A stretch of DNA of 64,000 bases from Squalus acanthias (taxonomy: Eukaryota), in NCBI GenBank assembly GCA_030390025.1, contig CM059432.1, positions 98,706,001-98,770,000 on the forward strand. The letters are read 5' to 3'. The notes below the pieces were generated by a model, which saw nothing but the letters and a program-made list of their open reading frames with translations, made no database searches and was not told the origin of the DNA. A program made the position numbers and the translations under genes. Positions 1-13,600 of the stretch are shown here, in pieces (the first letter of the stretch is position 1; every line of letters begins with the position of its first letter).

Positions 1-695
1 TCATCATAATTTCCACACTTTTGTATTCTATACCTCTATTCATGAAGCCCAGGATCCCGTAAGCTTTTTTAACTGCTTTCTTAACCTGCCCTGCCACCTT
101 CAATGATTTGTGCACATATACCCCTAGGTCTCTCTGTTCATGCACCCACTTTAGGATTGTACCCTTTAGTTTCTATTTCCTCGCCTCATTCTTTCTACCA
201 AAATGTATCACTTCACACTTTTCCGCATTAAATTTCATCTGCCACGTGTCCGCCCATTCCACCAGCCTGTCTATGTTCTCTTGAAGTCTATCACTATCCT
301 ACTCACTGTTCACTCTACTTCCAAGTTTTGTGTCATCTGCAAATTTTGAAATTGGGCCCTGTACACCCACATCCAAGTCATTAATATATATCAAGAAAAG
401 CAGTGGTCTTAGAACCGACCCCTGGAGAACACCACTGTGTACCTTCCTTCAGTCTGAAAAACAACCATTCACCACTACTCTCTGTTTCCTGTCACTTAGC
501 CAATTTCGTATCCATGCTGCCACTGTCCCCTTTATTCCATGGGCTTCAACTTTGCTGGCAAGCTTATTATGTGACACTTTGTCAAATACCTTTTGGAAAT
601 CTATGTACACCACATCAACCATTGCCCTCATCAACCCTCTCTGTTACCTCATCAAAAAACTCGATCAAGTTGGTTAAACACGATTTGCCTTTAAC
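1..695 (-). mobile_element. CR1 LINE ORF2 (RT) fragment, degenerate
   Basis: Minus-strand peptide VDVVYIDFQKVFDKVSHNKL...WIRNWLSDRKQRVVVNG is typical of CR1 RT; contains frameshifts and runs off the left edge. Confidence 0.9.
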
Positions 696-1986
696 TTAAT
701 TAAGGAATGTTGATGTAGATTCCATGTGGGAAAAGATATGCTCCAAGCTCTGTGCAAAGCCCTGTGCCAAGTTGGTGCTGGACTCCTCCATGCTCCTTGA
801 TATTGAGCGCAGGCTTTCTGGCAGGCTTTCCAGTGCACCAAGCATTTGGTTATGTACACCCATCAGCTTTCTTCTATGGCCTGGCCCATCGAAGTCCTCA
901 TCTGACTCCTCTGCAGCAGAACTAGTGTGTGACCTTGCCCTCCGGCGAGCTGGTGCCTGTGCTATCCTTTTCCCCCACTCTGGCTCCTGTGCACTTGTGC
1001 CTGGTGTCTCACCACATGCAGATCCCTCCTCTATCCTAGCCTCTAAAATATGTGCAGTGCCAGTGTGTGAGCTTGTGGATGCGAGTGTGAAATCGATTGA
1101 TGGTGTATCTTCATCTTCCCTGTCTTCTTTCTCTTCCTCCATTGACTGGGAAGTTGCTTATTCTCAGGTATCTGAAATAAAAAAGGGACAAAGGCTGTGG
1201 TTGTGCACCACCTACTCCTGCAAGAAAGAGGGAAGTGTGTCAATGAGTGTCCTACAATATGTTTGGGTGATGTGGCTGTCATGGTTGAATAGCTGCCCGT
1301 GTGTGTGAGTTGTGGGTGCAAGGCTTGCAACAGTGCTAAGTGTGTGAGGGTGAGGTAAAGCATATATGAATTTTAGGGTTGAGTACTGATTGATAGAGAT
1401 TGTTGGTAGGTGGGTGATGGGAGTGTAGAGAATTGAGCAGTAATAGGGCTAGTGCTGTAGTTGGTACAATATGCCATTTGAAGATGAACTCACTCACCTT
1501 TACAACTCCTGTGAGATTGTTAAACTTCTTCCTGCACAGCATCCATGTTCTTGCAGCAACACTTCTGCCATTGACCTCCACCACTACTTGTTGCCATTGA
1601 CCTCCACCATTACTTTTTCCCACTGCCTCCTGAGCATATGTTTGGACGCCCACTTGCCAACCTGCAGATACGTCTCTCCTTCTTTCCACCTCTTCCACCA
1701 AGACCTCCAGGGCATTTTCTGAAAACCTTGGTGCACGTTCTCCTACACCTGTTCAGCCATTTCTCAAAGTATCAGAACACAGAATTGCCTTTTGAAAAAA
1801 CTCCCATCACTTCTTGCAGCAACAATGCACTCTCCTTTAAGAGGTGCAGGCTGCCTTTAAGTAGCGCTAGCCATAAGCGATATCAGGTAATGTAAGGTGC
1901 TGCCTGCAATGCAATGAATGGACACGAGTTAATCGCACACCGTGATCCCCGCACCCACTTTCAGGGGTTATCCAATTTCTCCCCCC
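696..1986 (-). mobile_element. PIF/Harbinger remnant carrying a split Myb/SANT-like (MSANTD-type) gene
   Basis: ORF 1336-1701 contains RTWMLCRKKFNNLTGVVKVS. An acidic/low-complexity downstream exon lies at 696-1142. Terminal CCAATTTCTCCCCCC near 1972-1986 resembles the other Harbinger TIRs in the window. Confidence 0.7.
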
Positions 1987-2225
1987 ATATTAGCACCCAC
2001 ATAAAATGAGTACTGCATGAACGGCCTCTTCCCTTCAATTGTGTGCCTCCTAAAGGTACATTTTTGCAATTCACTGCTTCACAATTGTATTTCTATTGTT
2101 ATTGGAGAAAGGAATATAGTAAAACTTATTGGAGCCTTAATGATTGCTTCTTAAAGCTGCACTGTATCTGTCATATGTGCCCATTTGCCATGTTTTACGT
2201 GCTACATTGAGAAGAGCTATGGGTA

Positions 2226-2750
2226 TTTTTTTTTTATTCACTTGTGGGATCTGGGCGTCGCTGGCAAGGCCAGCATTTATTGCCCATCCCTAGTTGCCCT
2301 TGAGAAGGTGGTGGTGAGCCGACTTCTTGAACCGCTGCAGTCCGTGTGGTGAAGGTATTCCCACAGTGCTGTTAGGGAGATAGTTCCAGGATTTTGACCC
2401 AGCAACGATGAAGGATCGGCGATATACTTCTAAGTTAGGATGGTGTGTAACTTGGAGGGGAACTTGGAGGAGGTGGTGTTCCTATGCGTCTGCTGCCCTT
2501 GTCCTTCTAGGTGGGAGAGGTCGCGGGTTTGGGAGGTGCTGCCGAAGAAGCCTTGGCGAGTTGCTGCAGTGCATCTTGTAGATGGTACACACTGCAGCCA
2601 CGGTATGCCGGTGGTGGAGGGAGTGAATGTTTAAGGTGGTGGATGGGGTGCCAATCAAATGGGCTTCTTTGTCCTGGATGGTGTCGAGCTTCTTGAGTGT
2701 TGTTGGAGCTGCACTCATCCAGGCAAGTGGAGAGTATTCCATCACACTCC
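2226..2750 (-). mobile_element. 3' fragment of a second CR1-group LINE family (family B)
   Basis: Peptide MEYSPLAWMSAAPTTLKKLDTIQDK...RLLRQHLPNPRP with an A-rich tail at 2226; same family as 26822-27566 and 28443-32326. Confidence 0.8.
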
Positions 2751-3087
2751 TATTTGTCTGCTTGAAGGTTCTGAAGTAGGATCACAGGAAACATATCAGA
2801 CAGGTACATTTATACAATAGATGCTCAATTAGGACCTTTCTTCATGCCAACAGCCATGGATACAGGGCCAATCTATTGTGCCAGAACATGTCTGAAGCCA
2901 CTTCCATATGGAAACTATGGGGGCGATTTTGCCAGCCCTGGGGAGGTGGGTTTGGAGGCGGAACTGCCGGGAAAATGGCAGAATCTGGGGGCGGGTACCC
3001 ATCCTGCCCTCAACCCGCCTCCATGTCATCTTCCCAGGAGGCAGGTACCCTACCCGTGCTGGGTCCCGTCTCCTCGAGGCGGGAAGG

Positions 3088-4695
3088 TGTAGAATTCGCA
3101 AATTATCGCGATTTCAAAATAATGAGAAAGAGACATACAGTTTCGTAAAAACAGCTTTATTTCAGCAAAATGCTGTCATGTTTCAAAACGGACACAAGCA
3201 GCCTGTAAAATGGCCACCGCGCCTCGTGGCAGAAGATTCCAGATTTTTCAGTAGGCAGACAAGATGGCGTTTCAATAAACATTTCAGCATGATCGGACAG
3301 TACTCAGCATATTGATATAAGACAAGACGCGATCGTTTTGCATTCTTAACACCTAAGCAAGAAATATAAGTGCTGGAATCGGTTTTCCATACACAAACGG
3401 GGGCTATTGTACTGGGCAATCAAGGGCCCATCCAAAGACATTGATACGCAAATTCCCCGCGGCTCTACGATGAGAGACCCGTTCGCGGGTACTCACAGCA
3501 AGAATTCGGAGGCCCCCAAAAACACCTCCAGGGAGACTCCTAGCCGGTTCCACAATGGGAGAAATATTAACGGGTACTTAGACAGTTACAAGTATCACCG
3601 AAACCCATTAACGACAAGAACCACCCCATACAAGAAGTTTGAGCGCCAAAACATGACAAAAGATGAACATTAAGTTTGGGTGGGAGATAAGGAATTACAG
3701 TACTATAACTGTAGTGTCCAAAGGCCCATCGCTCTCTTATCCTTTTCATTCACTTGGAATCGTCTCTTGGCAATTCTCCCGGACGACTGTTACTCTCTCT
3801 TGTTCCGCTGATCCCTTTTGGGGTCGACCTCGTGGCGCGCTGCGAAATCGGATGCACCATCCCGAAGGACGGTAAACGGTGTCTGGACCCGAAGGCCCGA
3901 GGAGATGAGATGAGAAGAGAAGAAGAAGAATCCACGTGCCGCCGCGGTCAGTAAACCCCGACCGCGCCCGAAAATATATAGACCATTTTTGAACTCTATA
4001 GGTTACTGCACGAACTGACACAGGAAGACTTTTCTTCGAATTCTATCGAACTGGTGTCGATCCAGAAAGACTTTTCTTTGAGTTCTACAGCCGGGCCCGA
4101 GCACTGTCGAGTTCTTCATGACAACGGGGAGCCCAGCCTGCTTGCAGCAGCAGAGCGAGTAAACAAGTGGGGTACAGAGACCCCTGATCAACACGTGAAT
4201 AGTCAAGTGCTGTGGCGAAAACATCCGAGCATCGGTTTAGAATTCTCCGAGTTATCACGAGTGGTGAGCATGGTTCGCGATCCTACAGATCTAGATTAGG
4301 ACAGGTATTAATAGGGGAGGGTTTTGTTTTAAGGATAATTATAATGTGTGTCCCCTTTTACGATGTGTCGTGCGCTCCTCATTTCCCTAAACCTAGTTGC
4401 ATAAATGTATGTAAGCTTGTACTGTCATTAACCTGTGCTTATGACATGTATTTCATAATCTTGAACAATATGCAATAAAGATTTTCCATTTCGTACTATT
4501 CAACCGGGTCTACCTGACTTTTCTCTGCATTACTGCTCTCGCACCTAAGTCCAGTGTCAGAACCGTAAGGGCGAGTGGGTCGAACCACTCACAGGTGTCT
4601 AGTGCTACCAGGCTGGCTGGAGACCAGAACAGGCAACAAGGCCTAACCCCGCACTAGCACCCAGGCTAAGCACAGAGCCACGCGAACCCCTTACA
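3088..4695 (+). mobile_element. Solo LTR (1608 bp), same family as the 34500-43764 provirus
   Basis: TGTAGAATTCGC...CCCCTTACA with a 4-bp TSD AAGG (3084-3087 / 4696-4699). Shares blocks with the proviral LTR, including GCAATAAAGATTTTCCATTTCGTAC. Confidence 0.93.
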
Positions 4696-4957
4696 AAGGG
4701 GATTAATGCCAATTAACTGCCTGTTAACAGGTAGTTAACAGCCAGTTTTTTTGAGAATCCTCATTTTGAGCCCTGAAGTGTGGGTTTCCCGACGGCTCCG
4801 AATCACACCAGGGTCAGCGAGGCGGGCCGTCGGTATGCGTGGGTCGGAGGGGTCGAGATGTCCGGTGTTCAGGTGAGTGATGGGTGCATGTGTGCAGAGG
4901 TAAGTGTGTGAGGTGTGTGTAAAGTGTTTTAATAAGTTGTACTTAACTTTACTTCTT

Positions 4958-5582
4958 CATGGTACATCGGCGAGACCATGCAGACACTGAGACAACGTAT
5001 GAACGGACACCGCACAACAATCGCCAGGCAGGATTGTTACCTCCCAGTCGGGGAACACTTCAGCAGTCAAGGACATTCAGCCTCGGATCTGCGGGTTAGT
5101 GTTCTCCAAGGCGGCCTTCGAGACACACCACAATGCAAAATCATCGAGCAAAAACTGATAGCCAAGTTCCGCACCCATGAGGACTGACTCAACAGGGAAC
5201 TCGGGTTCATGTCATGCTACAGAACGTGACTCGACATCGTTGTCTGTTTTTCCAGTTTTTTAAAAAAAAAGTTAAAAGCTTAACTGCAGACGGCAGCATT
5301 TGACACGTTGGACCCCCTGTGACCCACCTCATTGTCTTAGCTGTACTCTGATGTGTCTTTGATGTAATGCCTCCCTAACAGATTGTATCTCTGCAGACAC
5401 ATTGTTCTCTGTGTATATATACGGTGTAATCGATTTGTATTCCCTCACTGTACCTGTACCTGAAGAAGGAGCGGAGCTCCGAAAGCTCCTAATTTTAAAT
5501 AAAACAGTTGGACTATAACCTGGTGTTGTGCGACTTCTCATTTTTGTCCACCCCAGTCCAACACCGGCATCTCCGCATCATT
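4958..5582 (+). mobile_element. Penelope-like element 3' end (GIY-YIG endonuclease C-terminus plus terminal region)
   Basis: Translation WYIGETMQTLRQRMNGHR...PVGEHFSSQGHS...EQKLIAKFRTHED, followed by a hammerhead-like motif. Confidence 0.85.
5455..5495 (+). ncRNA. Minimal type I hammerhead ribozyme motif (Penelope-associated), probably degenerate
   Basis: CTGAAGA (5460-5466), stem II GGAGC-GGA-GCTCC, then GAAAGCTC with palindromic AGCT; stem I pairs poorly. Confidence 0.65.
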
Positions 5583-5999
5583 CTTCCTGTAGGCTTCATC
5601 CCTTCAGATCTCAGGAGTCCCTCAGCTCACCGGCACAGAAAGCAGAATGGCCGCTGAACTGTCAAAAGCTGCAGCCTTCTGCTTTCTGCTCAGGAGAGCT
5701 CTCTAACTGCACCTGAGTGACAGGATTGAACTTAGAGGACAGATTGTCCGTGTTTGACAGCTTCACAGAGCCGTCAAACGCTGACATTTCATCTGTCAAA
5801 AGCTCTCGACAGATGAAACGTCACTCGCTGACATCACCTGTAACCGGCTTTCCCTTAATTGGCCTGCTAAGCCCGCTGGGTCAATCAAGGGAAAATAGCG
5901 TGGGTTGGCCACAAGTCGATGGAGGCGGGACTAATACCTGACAAGTGGGAGCCCCGCCTCCAAAAGCTCACCATTGACAAAATCCAGCCCTATGATTCT

Positions 6000-6790
6000 T
6001 CACAGAATTATGCACATTCCTGCAGCCAGACTAGGGAACCACATCCATGACATGGATTGGTCGTGCTGGTTGTGAGAATAACAGCTGCATTGACGTTTAC
6101 GGCAGTAGGCTCATTCCAAGCAACCATGGGAATAGAACAGAACAGATAGGGTAGATAGAGAGAAACTATTTTCGCTGGTTGGGGATTCTAGGACTAGGGG
6201 GCATAGTCTAAAAATTAGAGCCAGACCTTTCAGGAGTGAAATTAGGAAACACGGGGATATGGAGTTAGGTCGCAGATCAGCCATGATCTCATTGAATGGC
6301 GGAACAGGCTCGAGGGGTTAAATGGCCTACTCCTGTTCCTATGTTCCTATGGGATAGGTACCCTCCATTCATGAATAGAAACATCTTCATGAATGATCTG
6401 CAACCATGGAAAACAAATTATGCAAGTGAATGCTAATTACCCTGGCATCTGTCATGATTTCTTCATCCTAAGGGCGTCCATGGTTCTACCGGTGTTTGAG
6501 GGCCACAAAGACTGGATGGATAACTACTGGCAGTTCAAGGACAAGCAATGCAGTCGTGGCTCGTAACATCATGTGAAACCAAAGGACAAGGGCTGAGGAA
6601 AGGATTGCTGACGAGGGAGGAACCAGATAATGGTGCAGGCCCCCTATCGAGCGGGCGGTTCGGTCACTCTGCCAACTTCACGGCTGTTTCAAATGAAGCT
6701 AAACATCACCCCCAGTGTTTTTTGTTCAATGTTCCATTCCATAATTTCAGCAAGACTATCGTGATTTGAGCAGCTCACTACATGGAAGCC
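6000..6790 (+). pseudogene. Old Harbinger (HARBI1-like) transposase remnant, interrupted by a short CR1 3' fragment (~6145-6351)
   Basis: Peptides VVRITAALTFTAVGSFQ and NYPGICHDFFIL match the transposase motifs seen at 18900-19300. Confidence 0.55.
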
Positions 6791-7699
6791 TATTCTCTGA
6801 ATAATCTTTAAGCAGCTATCAGTTCTACAGATTGGTGGAGTGCAGCAGTTGGGATGAATTTGCAGCCAGAAGTCTCACTTCATTCTTTTCTGACGGGTAC
6901 ACTCTGTGCATATTTAAAATTCATTGTGGATGTAAAAATGCAGGTTAATGTCTCCCTTAAAATAATGATCAGAGATTTTTCATGCAAACATTCTAAACAT
7001 TTGTGCAATAATATTGCATGTCTAATTTTTTGTTTATACTAACTTATTTGAAGCAAAGGATATTGATCCATCCAGCCTACTCATTCAATTATCCACTATT
7101 TTTCCTGTAAGATACCACTGCATCATTTATAAAATTTAACAAGCATAAATCCTTTTAGGCGCCAGGAATTTATCTATTTGCTTCCAAAACCCCTTAAAGA
7201 TTCCAGTTCACTCACCTGTACAGATGGTTTGTTTATATGTTGATCACCCCTTTGCTAAGAAATGTTTTCTGAATTGCCTGTTTAGTTTTTCTTATCTTGA
7301 AACTATGGCCCCTAGCACTGGAATTCTATGCATGGCAGAAAAAACTTGACGGTTTTTAGCTAGTCAGTATCCTTCATAACCTTCAATTTTTTAAATCAAA
7401 ATCTTCCTTTAGTCTTCTTTTCTCAGGAGAGAAAAGTCTCAAGGTGCACAATTATTCTTCATTACTCAGTTCTCTAAATTCTGGCATTCATCTGCTGAAC
7501 CCTCTACAATGCCATGATCTCCTTTCTGAAGTCAAGAGCTTAAAACTGGTTACAATATTCCAAATTTACTGGGTACAATACTTCAGATGTACTGGTTACA
7601 ATAATCCAGATTACAAGGTACAAAACTCCAGATTTATTTTTACTAAATCCCATATATAGTTTTAAAATTGCATCTTTCCATTGATGGAGCGAATATTAA

Positions 7700-8476
7700 G
7701 GGCTGGATTTTCAATGACCCGTGGAGTCGGGTTTGGAGGCGTGTGGGGGGTTAAAGTTGCAGATTCGAGGGTCCCGACCCTATCCCGACTCCATTCCGCC
7801 TCCACGCAATTTTGACAAAATCGGTCGCGGGGTTCCCGACTCCGTCCCGCCTCCAAGAGGCGGGAGAGGCTATTAAAGCCCTTAACAAGCCTTAAATTGT
7901 CTCTGTAATGACATTTTGAAACGTTTTAGTTAGTTTAACCCTTTTCCGACGTGAAGTACGCCTGATGTGAAACATGCCAGTGAAACCTGGCGGGAGCACA
8001 AGTGGATAGCTGACTATCAGCTGCAGGTCCACTATTACAACGGAGATGTGATGAAGGAAGTAGTAGTATTGTGATGAAGGTAGTAGTAGTATTAGGTCTG
8101 AAAGTCGCCTCTGATGCTGCTGCATTGAATGTCTTCAGAGACTGCCTGAGAGGACTTGGTTGCAAAAAAAATTCTCTCTCTCCTCTCTCTCTCTCTCTCT
8201 CTGAGATGCTGCTCATTTTGCATCCAGGTCCTCTCACAGCAAAGGCCAGGCAATCTCTGATACCAGGCAGTCAGTCTCTGACCTGCAATGATGACATCAT
8301 CAGAGGCGACTTTCAGACTGAAACCACTAATTGGGTCATGGGTTCCCACATGCTGGAACTCAATTGCCCAATTAAGTGAAAATTGCATCATTCATCCACA
8401 TTAATCTGGAGTCGGGGGGTCAACACGAAATGCGGGTAACACGACCCCAACCCGACCCCAAGACAAAATCCAGCCC
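7700..8476. mobile_element. Harbinger-type MITE
   Basis: Perfect 12-bp TIR GGGCTGGATTTT / AAAATCCAGCCC; flanks TAA / TAT. Confidence 0.8.
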
Positions 8477-8708
8477 TATGACTCCGTGCTCCTGGTGTGG
8501 ATCCTTGCCCACCCGTAACGTGGAGTCATAAATGTAGTTCCTCTACGTGTTGCTCTTTACTGTGTAGCCCAATATTTTGTTAGTAACCTGATTAGGAGTA
8601 TTCTGAGATCACTTTCCAGCTTCGACATCTCCAGTGTTTCCTACTGAGTGCATGTTTCACATTGCCTTTTCTTTTTTCCCCAAATCTCAACACTTTACAT
8701 TTACCTTT

Positions 8709-9161
8709 GTCAGCTGTGGCTCAGTGGGTAGCACACTTGCCTTGAGAAGGTTGTAGGTTCAAGTCTCACTCCAGGGACTTGTGCACATAAATCTAGGCTG
8801 ACACTCCAGTGCAGTGCTGAGGGAGTACTGCAGTGTTCGAGGTGCCGTCTTTTGGATGCAATGTTAAACTGAGGCCCTGTCTGCTCTCTCAGGTGGACAT
8901 AAAAGATCTCATGGCACTATTTCGAAGAAGATTAGGGGAGTCAATATTTATCCCTCAATCAACATGACTAAAAGAGATTATCTGGTAAGTATCACATTGC
9001 TGTTTGTGGAAGCTTGCTGTGTGCAAATTGATTGTCGTATTTCCCACATTACAACAGTGACTACACTTCAAAAAAAGTACTTAATTGGCTGTAAAGCGCT
9101 TTGAGATGTCCAGTGGTCGTGAAAGGCGCTATATAAATGCAAGTCTTTCTTTTCTTTCTTT
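8709..9161 (+). mobile_element. tRNA-derived Deu-domain SINE (SacSINE1/AmnSINE-like)
   Basis: A box TGGCTCAGTGG, B box GGTTCAAGTC, Deu-like core GAGGTGCCGTCTTT...GATCTCATGGCACTATTTCGAAGAAG, L2-type tail GCGCTATATAAATGCAAG(TCTT)n. Confidence 0.85.
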
Positions 9162-9482
9162 ATTAAACTGCATCCATCACTTTACTGACCATAAACCGAG
9201 CATCCAATCAATCTGAACCTATCAGTCAGTGTCATCTGAAAATTCAGATCCTTTGAATTGACACCAACTGCTAAGTTACTTATAAAAATGCAGTTATGGT
9301 ACCAACACTTGGTGACATATCACTAACAAGTGTGAGCAGCTGCCTTTATATTTACTACTAATTACATTCTTTCGGCTAGTCATTATTTTTATCCAATTCA
9401 ATGCATTTCCATCTATTCCATGGGTCTGAATATTATGACCTTTTATGTGGGACAGTGTCATATTCCCTTTTAAAATCCAAGT

Positions 9483-10640
9483 CAACTGTAGAACGTGGGA
9501 GGCCAGCCAGGAGTCCGTTGAAATAGTCAAGTCTATAGGTAACAAAAGGCATGGATGAGGGTTTCAGCAGCGGATGAGCCGAGGCGAGGGCAGAGATGGG
9601 CAATGTTACGGAGGTGGAAATTGGCAGTCTTAGTTATGCTGTGGATATATGGTTGAAAGCTACTTTCAGGGTCAAATATGACACCAAGTGTGGTTCAACC
9701 TCAGACAGATGCTAGGTAGAGAGATGGAGTCAGTGGCTAGGGAACAAAGTTTATGGTGGTGACCGAAAACAATGGCTTCGGTCTTCCCAATATTTAATTG
9801 GAGAAAATTTCTGCTCATCCAGAACTGGATGTCGGACAAGCAGTCTGACAATTTAGAGACCGTGGAGGGGTCGAGAGAAGAGGTGGTGAGGCAGAGCTGG
9901 GTGTCGTCAGCGTACATGTGGAAACTGACGCTGTGTTTTTGGATGATATCACTAAGGGACAGCATCTAGATCAGAAATAGGAGGGGGTCAAAGATAGATC
10001 CTTGGGGACACCAGAGGTAATGATGTGGGAGCAGGAAGAGAAGCCATTGCAGGTGATTCTCTGGTTACGATTAGATAGATAAGAATGGAACCAGGCGAGT
10101 GCAGTCCCACCCAGCTGGATGACGGTGGAGAGGATGGAGTGGTCAACCATGTCAAAGGCTGCAGACAAGTCAAGAAGGATGATGAGGGATAGTTTACCTT
10201 TGTCACAGTCACAAAGGATGTCATTTGTGACTTTGATGAGAGCCATTTCGATACTGTGTCGGGGCGGAAAGCTGATCGGAGGGATTCAAACATGGAGTTG
10301 TGGGAAAGATGGGCACGGATTTGGGAGGCGACAACACATTCAAGGACTTTGGAAAGGAAAGGGAAGTTGGAGATGGGGCGGTAGTTTGCAAGGATGGAGG
10401 GGTCAAGGGTTGTTTTTTTGAGGAGAGGGGTGATGATGGCAGATTTGAGGGAGAGTGGGACAATACCTAAGGAGAGAGAACCGTTAACAATATCAGCTAA
10501 CATGGGAGCCAGAAAAGAAAGTTGGGTGGTCAGCGATTTGGTGGGAATAGGGTCGAGGGAGCAGGAAGTGGGTCTCATGGGCAAGATGAGTGCGGAGAGG
10601 TCATAAGAAGAGATCGGAGAGAATCTGGAGAAAGATGTGA
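9483..10640 (-). mobile_element. L2 LINE RT fragment
   Basis: Peptides TSCSLDPIPT, ANYRPISNFPFLSKVLE, ILLDLSAAFDMVDH, HMYADDTQL, QLNIGKTE. Confidence 0.9.
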
Positions 10641-13600
10641 GTTTATACTTTGTTTGTTTTCAACACACTTGAAGAAGGTTTTACTGTTTGTCTTTATGTC
10701 TGCTGCTACACTTTCTTCATGACCCTCTTTACAACTCTCATATATTCTTGCTATAAACCTAGTCATATGCATTCTTGTTTTAGACTGCCGTGAAGTGCAC
10801 AATTCCTTTACAGACATAAAAGAAAATCGAGTAATGGGTGTATCTTTCTTCATCTCAACAGGTAAAGATTATTTCAAGGAGATGGCCCACCACCATCTTC
10901 CCAGAGATTTGAATGGATTCAAACATGGAGTTGCGGGAAAGATGGGCACGGATCACCACCTCACCATCACATCTCTCAACCCCCTCCACGGTCTCTAAAT
11001 TGTCAGACTGCTTGTCCGACATCCAGTTCTGGATGAGCAGAAATTTTCTCCAATTTTTTGAAGGAGATCCAGGCTGATTTCCTGGCCTTGGCCCCCAATG
11101 GGGCTCACTCAGCATATCAACCTCTAGAGTTACATTGGGTCCTGACTGAGCTGGGGAAGTGTGAACTCCTGCCATAACTTGTCCCAATCCTGGGCCTGTC
11201 CCTTGGGCCGCCCCTGACCTCATTTTACTTTGTAAGGTGAGGGTCCATTCCTTACAATGCTGCCTGGAAGATCCTAGAAAAGGTGGGGACCTGGTGGAGT
11301 GGGTTCAATGGTAGTCCAGTGGAACCCCTGAGGAAATTCAGGACCAATGTTGCCCATATAATGTAGGCATTAAAGGCCAGTCATGTTCATCCCCTTCGAA
11401 CAGTATTTTCTTAAAGATAAGCTGTTTGAATTTTGATTGCTAAATTGTAAAAACATGCACAGCATTCAATGTATCACCCCGGCTGTCCCCTTGCTGGTAT
11501 CCACTAAGCCGTGTTTAATCTACTGTTTACAGATCCAAGCTGAACTATCTGGAAATACCAATATTGCCTTCACAGGCTAAGTTTCACCAAGAAGGTATTG
11601 ACAAAGTTCTGTCTTCTACTGCAAGTTGATCTGCAGACAACAGAAGCCACAGGAACTGCTTTGCTAGTGACAGTTAAGGTCACAAGTTCCCTCAAAATCT
11701 AAGCCTCTGGGTTTTTCCATGCTACTACAAGGGACATCAGCAAAATCAATCAGATGCATCAGGCAGATCACTGATGCTTTGCTCATGAGGACAAACACCT
11801 TCATCATTCTTTCCCTGGAACAACAGAGAATAAAAGGGCACTGCAATTCATCTGTATTGCAGGATTCCCAAATAAATAAATCTCTGGACAAAGCTAAAAC
11901 AATTACATTTGATTCCATGTTCCCAGCAGGGAACTAAATTTAAAGTGAGTGTGGTTCGGACAATTAGGGTTACAACATTGTAGCCTAATCTCTGACCCGT
12001 ACTCCCTTCAAAGTCAGCTTCCCCGCTGGAGTCATTGAATCAGAAAATTAACCCTAAAGTGCAAAAATATAATACCCTGAAAATAATCAGTGTTGAAGGT
12101 TGTCATTCATGATCTATATAACTGTAGTCCGAGCATTGAGCAAAGACACTTCCACTGGGATCGAAACTGTTCATACTTGGTGTTCCATAGTGGATTGGAA
12201 TACTGATAAACCTTCTTGCATGAGTGCATAGGTGGAACTAGTGGACTCCTCCACATTCATCACCACACCATGTAGGGTGCATTGGACTGCATTAAATAGC
12301 TCCATATGATGATTATGATCAGATAACTACTTGCTTAAGAAAAAGTCTATGAGGGCAGAATTTCTACACTCTGCTGCTGAGCAAGGCCCTGTGGTCAGCA
12401 TGCTCATGCTCCTCCAACATCACCTCCATTTGCTCCTCCTCACTCATGCTCAATGCTTCACCAGGTGTCCCCTGCTCTAAATCACTAACTAAATCCTCTG
12501 GGGTGGATGTACCTAGGCTGGAGGTTGCAACAGGGTGGATGAGTGATGTTGAGTACTGTGAGATGCTGGCTTCTGCCTGAGACTGTGTTGCAGTTGTTTC
12601 TTGTGTGTTTGTTCATCTTTTGTAAAATAAATTCACTTGATAATTAAATTTTTTAATATATCTGTTGAGATGCTTTACCTCTTTCGAAGACCAAAGTGAG
12701 ATTTTGTAAGGGCGTAAGATTCGTCCAGTAACTTGCTCTTTGTTTTCTGGGCATATTACCAAAAGGTTAGTTGAATTTCAAGACAAGGGTAGACACTCTC
12801 AAAGATATGGGGAGTAGAGGCGAACCCCTGAAAATGTATTAAGATATAGGAGACAAGATAATCTAGGGTAAAAGGGGTAAAGAAAGACCCAAAAATATAC
12901 CAAGCACATATGGTGATACAGTGGCATCCAAATGACTGAGCTGCAACACATATGTAAGCACATGAACGTACATCAGGAGAAAACTTTATGAGAAAGAATT
13001 TTTGAATGTAGCACTTTTAACATGTCAGTGTGTCAACCATTTCAGTGATAGGTTTTGGATGGAATTTGTGACCTGTTGCAGTGAGAGTGTGCATTGTAAA
13101 TATTTATAGGTCTTATCTGAGTGCTTTGAATGGGAAAGCAGTGAATGTGTAACAGGATGCAAGGTAACATTTTGTGACATGCATAATCTAGCTGTCTACT
13201 CGGTATAAAGTGTGTTGTGTCACCTCAGCTGGTTTCTTCAGCTCTGAAAACGTCTTGCAGAGCTGGCACCAGTGTCTCTGGGTAGGGCACACTGAATTGA
13301 TGCACTGTGCCACCTAATCCCAAACATTGTGGGCTGCTGTGAGGACGACACCCTGGAATTCCAAACAGGGCATCCCTACCTTCCCCATTTTGTGCAGCAG
13401 CAGTTCTATTGCTGCATCTGAAAAGCCGAGGGCTCTGCATTGCCAGCACTTTATTATACCAGGCCGACTGTAAACCAAACTGAAGAAATCTTTTTCCAAA
13501 GGTTTGTCAGCAAAAATGTAACTGCCCTTGAAATTACTCCTGTAGCCCTTTAAATATCCTGCTCATAAATCTGCATGCACCCTGTGAGTGGTGAATTACA

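Larger units (their letters stand above)
2919..5990. mobile_element. Non-autonomous Harbinger-type element hosting a solo LTR and a Penelope fragment
   Basis: Termini GGGGGCGATTTT...AAAATCCAGCCC, flanked by TAT on both sides. Confidence 0.65.

Noticed and set aside
8709..8780. tRNA gene
   Set aside because: It is the tRNA-derived head of a SINE, continuing into the Deu core with no cloverleaf end.
11533..11594. Possible host exon (TTACAG...SKLNYLEIPILPSQAKFHQE...GTATTG)
   Set aside because: The donor is weak, the peptide is not recognisable and no partner exons were found; it cannot be supported without RNA data.
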